DNA of 64,000 nt from Sphingomonadaceae bacterium (lineage in GTDB: Bacteria; Pseudomonadota; Alphaproteobacteria; Sphingomonadales; Sphingomonadaceae). Shown one piece after another: positions 39,199 to 48,080 of this stretch. The notes beneath the pieces are model-generated. The model searched no databases. It was not told the origin of the DNA and saw only the letters and a list, made by a program, of their open reading frames with translations. The position numbers were made by a program, and so were the translations under genes. The DNA lies in contig JACKLA010000001.1 of NCBI GenBank assembly GCA_024236155.1, positions 605,298 through 669,297 on the forward strand. Reading direction: 5' to 3'. Positions within the stretch are counted from its first letter, which is position 1. Each line of letters opens with the position of its first letter.

Positions 39199-39375
39199 TC
39201 CCGTCTCCGCTCGGTCAATACGACGTCTCCCGCTCCTGTCGCGGATCGGGGCCTCGCGGGCCATCGTTATGCGATCCGGAGAGTGCGCGATGGTGTGTAA
39301 ATTTATCCCGATGGTGTCATTTCGACACCGTGGAGGCATCGGACACCGTCCCGGTTAAAGGCGACTTGAGAGAAA

Positions 39376-41517
39376 TTAGACGGCGAGTGTCTTCAGGATA
39401 GGAAGGCGGCGAATTCGCTTTCCCGTTAGGGCGCACACCGCATTGGCGAGTGCCGGCATCACAGCCGCGACGGGAGGCTCGCCAAGGCCTCCGACCTCGG
39501 CAGTGCTATCGACGATATGAATGTCAATGCGCGGCGCGTCGGTCATCCGGAACACTGTATAGTCATGGAAATTCGACTGTTCGACGCGGCCATCGGCGAT
39601 GGTAATCTCACCCGAAAGGGCGGCCGATAAGCCGAATATCACCCCGCCCTCAATCTGGGCTTCGATGCCGAGCGGATTCACCGGCTGCCCGCAGTCGACC
39701 GCCACGATCACCCGTTCGACCCGCACCCCGTCGTCGCTTCGTCCCACTTCGACGACCTGCGCCATGAAAGTGTTCCAGAGGTGAATGATCGACACGCCCC
39801 TGGCGCGGTCTTTTCCCGGATCTTGGGTCCAGCGAGCTTTTTCGGCGACAAGATCCAGCACGGCGCGGGCCCGGTCGCTTTCGAGAAGCCTGCGGCGATA
39901 GATCAGCGGGTCGGCTTTGGCATTGCGTGCGAGCTCGTCAACAAAGCTCTCGACAACAAACGCGCTGCGGGCGCCGCCCACCCCGCGCCACCAGCTCGTC
40001 GGAACCAGCGTCTCGTGGCGGACGAATTCGACGCGGTGCCTCGGCAATTTATAGGGAGTGACAGCAGCGCCATCGACCGCGTCGCTGTCGACGCCGTCGA
40101 ATTCGTCGCCATAAAGGCGCGCCATGATCGACGATCCCGCGATGCGGTGGAAGATCGCGACCGGCAGACCTTCCGCATCCACCGCCGCCTCGACCCGGTC
40201 GTGATAATAGGGGCGATACATATCATGCTGCATGTCCTCCTCGCGCGACCATATGAGCTTGAGCGGATATGGGCACGACTTGGCGACTTCGACGGCCCGG
40301 ACAATGAAGTCGGGTTCGAGCCGCCGCCCGAACCCGCCGCCCATCAGCTGGTTTCGAAGCTTAACTTTTTCGACGGGTAGGCCAGCCGCTCCTGCCGCAG
40401 CGGCGCGCGCATCGGCGGGGATCTGGGTTCCCGTCCAGATTTCGAGTTCGCCGTTATGGAGATGAAGCACGCAATTGCCCGGTTCCATGGGCGCATGGGC
40501 GAGGAAAGGTTGCTGATAGTCGGCGGAGAACTTCGAATGGGCCGATGCAAGTCCGTCGGCGACATCGGCAAGGCTTGTGGTCCCCTCGGCACCGAAGCCC
40601 TTGCCGGTTGCAGCCGCTGCGGCATATTCCCCTTCAATGCGCGCCTGGTCAAGATCCGGCTCGGCGGCGGACGTCCAGACCGGGGCAAGCGCATCGAGTC
40701 CCTTTTTCGCGGCCCAATAATGGTCGGCGATGACTGCGACGGCGTCCGTAAGGACGACGATTTCAACAACGCCCGCGACCGCGAGCGCCGCCTGGCGATC
40801 GGTCGATTCGAGGCGACCTCCAAATGCAGGGCATTGGGCGATCGCACCGATCTTCATCCCCGGGAGCACGACGTCGATCCCGTAGATCGCTTCGCCCATG
40901 ACTTTGAGCCGTGAATCGAGGCGCGGCGTCGGCTTCCCGATGACCGCGAATTTGCTGCTGTCCTTGAGCTGTGTGTCCATGGCCGGCGGCCGAGCCGCCG
41001 CCGCGCTCGCGAGCGCGCCGAAATGCGCCTCGCGTCCGGATGCCGCATGAACGACGCGGCCATCGCTTGCCGTGCAATCTTTCGCCGCGACACCCCAGCC
41101 GGCGGCAGCGGCCCCGACGAGCGAAGCGCGCATGTCCGCCGCGGCCTGCCGAACCGGAAAAAAGGTCTCGCGGATGGAGGTGGATCCGCCGGTTTCCTGG
41201 GTGACCTCGCCGAAGCGTCCCTCTTCGCCGTCGGGTAGTTCGACGGCGATCGTGCCGACACCGACTTCAAGCTCTTCGGCGACAAGCATGGCGATCGCGG
41301 TGTAGACGCTCTGGCCCATTTCGGTCTTGGGTAGCGACAGGACGACGACGCCCTTCGCGTCGAGGCGGAGAAAGGCATTGGCGGTAAAGCCCGCCGCGCC
41401 TGCGGTCTCGGTCGCTCCCAGCCGGAAAGGAATGACGAATAGCGCCGCGCTGCTCGACGCGGCCGCAAGAAAGCCCCGGCGTCCAAGACGGGGTCCGCCA
41501 GACGCCCCCCGTTTCAT
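39376..41517 (-). CDS. Molybdopterin aldehyde oxidoreductase large subunit (IorB-like), Tat signal
   Basis: RRGFL, EMGQ, TGGSTSI, AHAPMEP, GGGFGRR, WSREED, GLGEP. Confidence 0.9.
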   Translation of the reverse strand: MKRGASGGPRLGRRGFLAAASSSAALFVIPFRLGATETAGAAGFTANAFLRLDAKGVVVLSLPKTEMGQSVYTAIAMLVAEELEVGVGTIAVELPDGEEGRFGEVTQETGGSTSIRETFFPVRQAAADMRASLVGAAAAGWGVAAKDCTASDGRVVHAASGREAHFGALASAAAARPPAMDTQLKDSSKFAVIGKPTPRLDSRLKVMGEAIYGIDVVLPGMKIGAIAQCPAFGGRLESTDRQAALAVAGVVEIVVLTDAVAVIADHYWAAKKGLDALAPVWTSAAEPDLDQARIEGEYAAAAATGKGFGAEGTTSLADVADGLASAHSKFSADYQQPFLAHAPMEPGNCVLHLHNGELEIWTGTQIPADARAAAAGAAGLPVEKVKLRNQLMGGGFGRRLEPDFIVRAVEVAKSCPYPLKLIWSREEDMQHDMYRPYYHDRVEAAVDAEGLPVAIFHRIAGSSIMARLYGDEFDGVDSDAVDGAAVTPYKLPRHRVEFVRHETLVPTSWWRGVGGARSAFVVESFVDELARNAKADPLIYRRRLLESDRARAVLDLVAEKARWTQDPGKDRARGVSIIHLWNTFMAQVVEVGRSDDGVRVERVIVAVDCGQPVNPLGIEAQIEGGVIFGLSAALSGEITIADGRVEQSNFHDYTVFRMTDAPRIDIHIVDSTAEVGGLGEPPVAAVMPALANAVCALTGKRIRRLPILKTLAV

Positions 41518-41975
41518 TGTGCCGTCTCGGCGGCAACCCGGACCGCAGCATGGATGCGCGGATAACAGCCGCAGCGGCAGATATTGGGCGCCATGCCGTC
41601 GCGAATATCGGCGTCGCTGGGATTCGGATTCTTTTGCAGGAGCGCAATCGCGCGCATGATCTGGCCGGGCTGGCAGTAGCCGCACTGGACCACGTCCGTA
41701 TTGATCCAGGCGAGCTGGACGCGCTGCCCGACCGCAAGGGTGTGCGCGGCCTCGATCGTCACCACCTCATCGGACCCGACCTCTTCGATCGCGGTCTGGC
41801 ACGCAAATCTCGCCTCGCCGCCCACATGGACGGTGCAGGCGCCGCATAATCCCGACCCGCATCCGAACTTCGTGCCGGTGAGGTGGAGAATGTCGCGCAA
41901 AACCCAGAGAAGAGGCGTATCTGGATCGACATCGACGTTATGGAGCTTTCCGTTGATCGTGAGGGTCCGGTCCAT
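41514..41975 (-). CDS. (2Fe-2S) small subunit (IorA-like)
   Basis: GTKFGCGSGLCGACTV, QCGYCQPG, NICRCG. Confidence 0.93.
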   Translation of the reverse strand: MDRTLTINGKLHNVDVDPDTPLLWVLRDILHLTGTKFGCGSGLCGACTVHVGGEARFACQTAIEEVGSDEVVTIEAAHTLAVGQRVQLAWINTDVVQCGYCQPGQIMRAIALLQKNPNPSDADIRDGMAPNICRCGCYPRIHAAVRVAAETAQ

Positions 41976-41996
41976 CGGTGCGCCGCGCGCGGCCTC

Positions 41997-42368
41997 CTAT
42001 TTCAGCGTGACGAGGTAGGCGATCAGTTTTTCGCGCATCGTCTTGTCCGGAAGCTGCGCGACCATCTTCGTGCCTGGAATGAATTTCCCGGGGTAAGTGA
42101 GAAAGGCGTCGAGCGACGCCTTGTCCCATTTTACGGCCGCCTTCTTCTTCATTGCGGCCGAATAGTTGTAGGTCGTGCTCGCGGCCGTGCGTCCATAGAC
42201 ACCCGCGAGGTTCGGGCCAATGCCCGGCTTTGCGCCGGCTTTCGATGTGTGACACATTGCGCAGCGCTGTTTGTAGATGTCGGCTCCTGTGGGTTGGGCC
42301 GCAGCGGCAGGGGCGAGCCCCAAGCCTAGTGCGGCACAAAGGATCAGTCGGCGAAGCGCAATCATCAA
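41997..42368 (-). CDS. Class I cytochrome c (c2-like)
   Basis: Signal peptide, CAMCH, GPNL, PGTKM. Confidence 0.9.
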   Translation of the reverse strand: MMIALRRLILCAALGLGLAPAAAAQPTGADIYKQRCAMCHTSKAGAKPGIGPNLAGVYGRTAASTTYNYSAAMKKKAAVKWDKASLDAFLTYPGKFIPGTKMVAQLPDKTMREKLIAYLVTLK

Positions 42369-42395
42369 TCATTCTCCGGGAAAGTCAGCATAGGT

Positions 42396-42869
42396 TCAAA
42401 ATGCCGTTCGAAACGTTGCGGGGGTGCGAGGGCAATCGCGAATGACCTCGGAAACTATGGTTTTACGGAGCGCCACGAGCGACTTGCGGCTATATTCGCG
42501 CTGCCTGAGGGCGCCGACTTCGGCTGCGTCGAAGCGGCGGGCGCCCGCCGGTGCGCTGCTCCCGCCGAGGTCGAACGTCACGAAATTGACAAGGTCGGCG
42601 AGCGCTTCATCATCTTGGACGGGTGCCCGTGCGACATTGGGTAGCCGCACCAGATATTCGCGGCCCTCCGGCGTGCACAGGAAATAGCCGGCACGGCCCT
42701 GGAGCTGCGGGACGCGGGCGGGGGCCGACTTTCCCCCGATCCCGTGGCAGCCGCCGCAAAATTCAATATAGTCCGATCGCGCGCTGTTCGAAGGGGACGC
42801 ACCCCACGCCGCCCCGACCGCCACCATCGTCGCGGCCGGCAGAAGAAAGTAGCGGGCGCGCGGGTTCAT
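42396..42869 (-). CDS. Monoheme cytochrome c coupled to mauA
   Basis: CGGCH, GREYLVRLP; ATGA overlap with mauA. Confidence 0.8.
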   Translation of the reverse strand: MNPRARYFLLPAATMVAVGAAWGASPSNSARSDYIEFCGGCHGIGGKSAPARVPQLQGRAGYFLCTPEGREYLVRLPNVARAPVQDDEALADLVNFVTFDLGGSSAPAGARRFDAAEVGALRQREYSRKSLVALRKTIVSEVIRDCPRTPATFRTAF

Positions 42870-43411
42870 TCGGCGACGCCGACCAGTACGGCCGTGGAGC
42901 AATGATATTCCATGCTGGTCGTACCGAAGCACCAGATGATGTCATTGTTCGTCTGCGGATGCGACGTCTCGGTCGCCCGGTCGGTATTGTCGCAGGCGCA
43001 GCGTCCGCAATCGGCGGTCCCGCAGCAATCGCGATAGGCGACCAGATAGGCCCGCCCATCGTCCGGGTTGATGCAGGTGCCGACCCACGACGTCGGGGAC
43101 GGTTCGGTTCCCGGCGGACAGGTGTGGACGCCGCCTCCGCAGCAGGTACATAAAGATCCGTCGATCGCGCAGTAGCGCCAATAGTCGCACAGGGTATCGT
43201 CGCTCGTCTGCGCGTGACGGGCGAACTCGGTCTTCGCATGGCCCGACCGGTCCTTCGTGCCGGCCCATGCGCGGCTGACCGGGAGGACGGGAAAGACGGG
43301 CGCGGCAACGAGGACGGCCCCAAGTCTCGAGAGCAGGCCCCGGCGCGACGTCCTTCCCGCCATCTGTCGCAAGGCGCCCTCGAATTTTCCATCCAGCAGA
43401 GACTTTGACAT
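42866..43411 (-). CDS. mauA: TTQ amine dehydrogenase light chain (MauA/AauA-like)
   Basis: Tat SRRGLL; CDYWRYCAIDG..CCGG..CPPG..SWVGTC..DCCG..IIWC, with both TTQ-forming Trp residues. Confidence 0.92.
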   Translation of the reverse strand: MSKSLLDGKFEGALRQMAGRTSRRGLLSRLGAVLVAAPVFPVLPVSRAWAGTKDRSGHAKTEFARHAQTSDDTLCDYWRYCAIDGSLCTCCGGGVHTCPPGTEPSPTSWVGTCINPDDGRAYLVAYRDCCGTADCGRCACDNTDRATETSHPQTNNDIIWCFGTTSMEYHCSTAVLVGVAE

Positions 43412-43424
43412 CTGATTTGCCCCC

Positions 43425-44030
43425 TTAGTGCGCGGCCTGCGCCTTGCGCGTTTCGATATAGTCCTGCACCGAATGCAGGCCGGTCTCGGCCGACACGAAC
43501 ATGCTTTCGATATGCTCGCGGCTGTTCACGAGGCCACGCGACAATATCGTCCCGTCGTCGCCGAGCAGGACGGCGTGAGGAAGTTTGTCCACGGCGAAGG
43601 ACCGTCCGAGCAGAGCGTCGTTCAGAAAATGATATCCGCCAAGGTCTGCGGTCTCGACGAGCTTTCTCTGAGCGCCCTCACGATCGTCGCCTGCGAAGAT
43701 CAGCTCCACATCCTCCGAACGGGCGAGGCTCTTTGCGAAGGGAATGAGCTTTTTGCAGACTGGGCAGTGCGACGAGACGAAGAGGATGAGGCGCCGTTTG
43801 CCGGGCGCAAGCGCGCCGCCAATGTCGACGTGGTGGCCCTCGAGCGAATACGCCCGAACCTTTGGCGCCGGCCCGCCAACCGTCGGACCTTGCTTGGGCG
43901 TCAACGCCCCGGCGGGTGCGACCCGCTCGTGCAGGACCCCGACCTGCCGGGCGAGAGCGAGAATGGCGACGATCGCGGCGACGAGGAGAATCCAGGTCAG
44001 GATCTGCGAGACAATGAGGGCGGTGATCAT
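43425..44030 (-). CDS. mauD: MauD thioredoxin-like accessory protein
   Basis: ALARQVGVLHERVAPAGAL, CPVCKKL, GLVNSREHIES. Confidence 0.92.
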   Translation of the reverse strand: MITALIVSQILTWILLVAAIVAILALARQVGVLHERVAPAGALTPKQGPTVGGPAPKVRAYSLEGHHVDIGGALAPGKRRLILFVSSHCPVCKKLIPFAKSLARSEDVELIFAGDDREGAQRKLVETADLGGYHFLNDALLGRSFAVDKLPHAVLLGDDGTILSRGLVNSREHIESMFVSAETGLHSVQDYIETRKAQAAH

Positions 44031-44572
44031 GTGGAGCGCACTCCGGCGCGCGGCGTTGGCTGCATCCGCGATACGGCGCGATATATGCGGATCAGAAGCA
44101 AAGTTGCGGCGCCGCAGGTCAGGCCTGCGGCAGTTGCGATCGAAATCGAAGCCTCGCCGATACCCGTCGAGACGGTCAAAGCCGCCGCCAGCAGCAGGTT
44201 GCCGCCAGCGATCGCCCAACTGATCGGCGTCGCATCACCGCCGCAGCCGCATTCGAGCTCGGTGCGTCCGCGCAGAAGGTTGAGCGCCACGGCCAGTCCG
44301 AAAGCCGCGAACATTGTGGCGGCGCCGCAGACGACGGCCGGCACGCCGGGGAGAATGAGCAGGATCCCGAAGAGCATTTCCGCAATCGGCAAGGCCGCGG
44401 CGAACGGGAGCACGAGGGGTGCGGGCACGATATCATAGGCCGCGACAACCGGCGAGAAATCGTCGCTCGACCAGAATTTCGACGCGCCCGCCGCAACCAG
44501 CATCGTCCCTGCAAAGCCGTGGATCGCCCCGACGCCCGCGTCGGCCAGAAACGAAGGCAGATCGCCGGTCAT
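44027..44572 (-). CDS. mauE: MauE membrane accessory protein
   Basis: Multi-TM; NLLRGR..CGCGG. Confidence 0.9.
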   Translation of the reverse strand: MTGDLPSFLADAGVGAIHGFAGTMLVAAGASKFWSSDDFSPVVAAYDIVPAPLVLPFAAALPIAEMLFGILLILPGVPAVVCGAATMFAAFGLAVALNLLRGRTELECGCGGDATPISWAIAGGNLLLAAALTVSTGIGEASISIATAAGLTCGAATLLLIRIYRAVSRMQPTPRAGVRST

Positions 44573-45732
44573 GGCCCGACTGCGGGTACGAGCAGCATGC
44601 CGTGGCCCGCCTCTTCGATTTCATGCTTCGGCTCAAGGGTCAGCGCATCCCAGACGAACAGGGTCCCCTCGCTGCCGAGGAACAGTAGCGGCGCGGCGTC
44701 CTGACTGACGGCAAGATCGGTGATGCTCCCGGGCAATTTCACACGCTTCAGAAGCTTGCGCGTCGACGCCTCGAAAACCCATATCTCCTGGCCCGGAACC
44801 TTCTGCGACCAGAACTCGCCCATGTGCATGAGCACGAACAGGCGGTCGGCACGGCTGTTGTAAGCGAGTGGTTGGCGGCCGCCGGGATACCAGTTGACGT
44901 TGAGTGGCGCGGTGGTGCCGACGGGATAGCCAGCGGCCTCCTGAAGCGACCATGGCTCGCCGAGCTTCAGCGTCCCCTTGTTGCTCGCGCTGACGACCTT
45001 CCCGCTATACGTGAGGAAAACAGCTTCGGCGGTCAGCGCATTGACTGCGAAATTGTCGAACACGGGGTCGTTTTCCGCCGAGAAGAAGGCCTCGCTCGTC
45101 GTGACGACAGGCTCCTTGCGCTGTCCGACCGATACCAGCCCGGCGGTTCCGTCCGAACAGAGTGTGATACCGCCGTCCTTGCCAAATCCGGTTACGAGCG
45201 AACAGCCCGGAACCTCGACAGTCTTCGTCACGCGCCCGGCCCCGAGGTCGACAACCGCGATCGAATTGGCCGGGTCCATATTGTAAACGAATGCGTGGCG
45301 GCCGTCGCCGGATATGCCGACGAGATTTTTGCGATTGCCCACAAGCAGCCGGCCCGGAAGGCTTATTTCGCGCAGCACCTTCAGCGTCTTCGCGTCACGG
45401 ACGGTGAGATAATCCTGGCGAGTGCCGCGATTGTGCTTTGTCCAGACAGTTTCAGCAGTGTAGAAATAGCGACCGGCAGGGTCAGCCGCCGTGCTCGCGA
45501 GCTGGGTGATATGCAACTGGCCGAGCATCTTGCCCGTCTCGCCGTCGAAGATGCGATTGGCACCTCCGGCCCAATTATCCTCGGTAATGATCCAGTGCGG
45601 CGAGACGTCCGGCAGGGCAAGCGTGTCGCTATCTTCGACCTCGAGCGGCGCCGGGGCATCGTCTTGGGCCGACGCCAGCGGCGAGACCGACATCAGCGAC
45701 GCTGCAATCAATGGTCCGAACAGGCGCTTCAT
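44569..45732 (-). CDS. mauB: TTQ amine dehydrogenase heavy chain (MauB/AauB-like)
   Basis: Signal peptide, beta-propeller, RGTRQD, VYNMDPA, PGC..LCSDG, YPGGRQ, LFVLMH; gene order BEDA. Confidence 0.88.
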   Translation of the reverse strand: MKRLFGPLIAASLMSVSPLASAQDDAPAPLEVEDSDTLALPDVSPHWIITEDNWAGGANRIFDGETGKMLGQLHITQLASTAADPAGRYFYTAETVWTKHNRGTRQDYLTVRDAKTLKVLREISLPGRLLVGNRKNLVGISGDGRHAFVYNMDPANSIAVVDLGAGRVTKTVEVPGCSLVTGFGKDGGITLCSDGTAGLVSVGQRKEPVVTTSEAFFSAENDPVFDNFAVNALTAEAVFLTYSGKVVSASNKGTLKLGEPWSLQEAAGYPVGTTAPLNVNWYPGGRQPLAYNSRADRLFVLMHMGEFWSQKVPGQEIWVFEASTRKLLKRVKLPGSITDLAVSQDAAPLLFLGSEGTLFVWDALTLEPKHEIEEAGHGMLLVPAVGP

Positions 45733-46322
45733 GACATCTCCCCCGACTGACAAATGGCCCGCGAAGTGCCCGTCGATCGCTGCCACGGCCTCGCCCTTCA
45801 AGAGTGAGGCAGTCTCCGGCGCGTTGGTCGACCCTGGCTGTCCAAGAGCCGCCGCGAGGCTTCGCATTCCATGAAGATTAGCTATTCCTCACGTCGTACC
45901 GAGGCAACTGCTTCACCTCGTTTGTCGAGGGTGGACAAGGCCGTGCGCCGCGCCCGCGTCGGCATCTATCAGTGACAATATTTGAATTTTAGAACAATCG
46001 GTTAAGTGAGAATTTGGGCTGACAGGCGTTGGCGCAATGGTGCCGCGCCATCACCATTGCAGCCGGTTTTGTCACCGTCTGGTTCGCGCGCGTCCGAAGC
46101 GTCATGCCGGCTATGCGGTGGGCGGCCATGCGCCCGTGCCGGTCACGCCCCACAGCCTCATTGCCACGGCGGTGACCGAGCGACACCAGGAGGGAAAAAT
46201 AGGCACCAGTCGGGCCGAAAAATTCGCTGTGACGCTGCGGATGTGAGGTTCAAACAGCGGTAAGGCGTCGGCTTCGGCCCGACCTTGTTGTTGCGCGTGC
46301 GGCTGGCTTCGGGAGGGGCATT

Positions 46323-46875
46323 ATGAACGGACTGGATCGGCGGACTTTTCTTGCTTCCTCACTCCTCGCGGGAACCGTCCTCGTGAACGGCCCGCGCGCA
46401 TCGGCGCGCGAGGCGGAGGAATTGGCCGAGCGGCGAGTTTGGGACGTTATCGTCATCGGAGCCGGGGTCAGCGGATTGTCCGCGGCGGCCGAGATCCGAC
46501 GGGCGGGAAAATCCGTTCTCGTGCTCGAGGCGCGCGATCGCATCGGTGGCAGGATGTGGACGGACCGTACCTCCATGTCGATCCCGATCGAACGCGGCTG
46601 CGAACTCATCCACGGCGGTCCCCACGTCTCGACCTGGCGATATGTAAAAAGCGAAAAGCTTCGAACGAAGATGTTCAGGCGCTATTTTCGCAAGGTGAAT
46701 GCGGGCGATCCTTGGCAGCCGCGGGATATCGTCGCCCATTTTTTCTTTCCGCGGGGCAAGCCTGCGGGTCTCCGTCTCCCGCTCCCTGCGCCCGGTCCAG
46801 GTCAGACGGGCGAGGCCTATCTCCGGAGCCTTGGATTGCCGCCCGAAAACTGGCCGGTGAATGTCCATCGCCTCT
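46323..46875 (+). pseudogene. 5' fragment of a Tat-exported flavin monoamine oxidase, fused in frame to the next gene
   Basis: [34 protein letters not shown]; the oxidase-like sequence stops after about 185 aa, where base composition changes. Confidence 0.8.
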
Positions 46876-46886
46876 TAGGGGGATTC

Positions 46887-47522
46887 GTGAGAAATATTCA
46901 GAGTCGCTTGTGTCGCTCGACGGCGATTGGGCTGGTTGCTGTCGCCTCATACCTCGTTGCTGATGGAGCTTCGTTCGCCCAACAGAGCACTGAGAACCAT
47001 AGTTACGATGCTCTTGGTCGCTTGAGGTCTACGAATACGACTGGTGGTTCGAACAACGGGGATGCTCGGTCACTTTGCTATGATCAGGCAGGAAATCGAA
47101 CAACCTTCAGGGCGAGCACAGATGGAAGTGTGGCAAGCTGTTCCAATTCACCGACACCGACACCGACGCCCACCCCAACTCCTACGCCGACTCCAACACC
47201 AACACCAACCAATTCACCTCCGGTTACTCAGAATGATAGCGTTTCAGGTGGCTGCGGGACTTGGACGATCATCAATTTGACCGGAAACGATTCCGATCCC
47301 GAAGGAAATTATCCACTCGGCCTTGTGTCTATTACGCAGAGTTCGGGAGGTAATTCCATGGCTACTATTTACTCGTCAACTTCCGCTGACGTGTATTTTG
47401 CTTCGTCAGCGCTCGACCAGACGACGTTCCTGTATACGGTTCAGGATTCACTCGGCGCAACGAGCACCGGAACACTGACGGTTTCAGTCACGAGTTGTAA
47501 CGGGGGGCCGCCCCCGCTTTGA
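46887..47522 (+). CDS. Secreted mini-YD-repeat / (PT)10 / Ig-like (cadherin/Big_9-type) protein
   Basis: GGGGGA RBS and GTG; signal peptide ending SFA; [15 protein letters not shown]; PT linker; [31 protein letters not shown]. Confidence 0.75.
   Translation: MRNIQSRLCRSTAIGLVAVASYLVADGASFAQQSTENHSYDALGRLRSTNTTGGSNNGDARSLCYDQAGNRTTFRASTDGSVASCSNSPTPTPTPTPTPTPTPTPTPTNSPPVTQNDSVSGGCGTWTIINLTGNDSDPEGNYPLGLVSITQSSGGNSMATIYSSTSADVYFASSALDQTTFLYTVQDSLGATSTGTLTVSVTSCNGGPPPL
47151..47210 (+). repeat. (Pro-Thr)10 linker repeat
   Basis: Ten CCN-ACN codon pairs with varied third positions. Confidence 0.9.
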
Positions 47523-47579
47523 CGCGCATCTTCATATCACAACAGACCCGAGAAAATCTCATTTGGGTGCAGGAAAGCC

Positions 47580-48029
47580 ATGGCAAATAGAACCATTTTC
47601 AAGTCCGTTCTCAGTGCAATTGTAGCTGGAGGGCTTGTCCTGCCAGCGGCAACACCGGCACAAGACAACGACGACGCGAATGCGGATTTGAGAAGCAATG
47701 CGGTCTGCATGCTCCGCCCGTTTGGGGATGTCCCGCAAGTTCCGGTTGCAAGGCGCGGACAGCCTTTTCGGATCCTGACGATCGAAAGAGCAGCGTCAGG
47801 GCTCGAAGCCAAGGGATTTACGCGAGTAGATTGCACGGTCGCCGACCTCGTGCTCGCTGGAAAACGTGCTGGCTGGCGCGATGAGATTTGCGAACTGGCG
47901 AGCAAGGGCAATGAGGCCGTCCAGAACCAGCTCGAGCGGGCCTATGGCGAGCGACCTGCCGTGCTGTGCGCCATGGCCGAGGCGGTGGCGGGGCAATGGG
48001 AACGCCCCGGACGCGGCTCAGGTGAATAG
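47580..48029 (+). CDS. Secreted hypothetical protein with 4 Cys
   Basis: AGGA RBS and signal peptide; directly upstream of rhs. Confidence 0.7.
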   Translation: MANRTIFKSVLSAIVAGGLVLPAATPAQDNDDANADLRSNAVCMLRPFGDVPQVPVARRGQPFRILTIERAASGLEAKGFTRVDCTVADLVLAGKRAGWRDEICELASKGNEAVQNQLERAYGERPAVLCAMAEAVAGQWERPGRGSGE

Positions 48030-48080
48030 CCCAGAGGCGCCGAATTCACGATCATTCGATATTGCAAGCAGGGGCAAGAA

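Noticed and set aside
47151-47210. PT repeat as a phase-variable microsatellite
   Set aside because: Third codon positions vary, indicating a protein-level linker.
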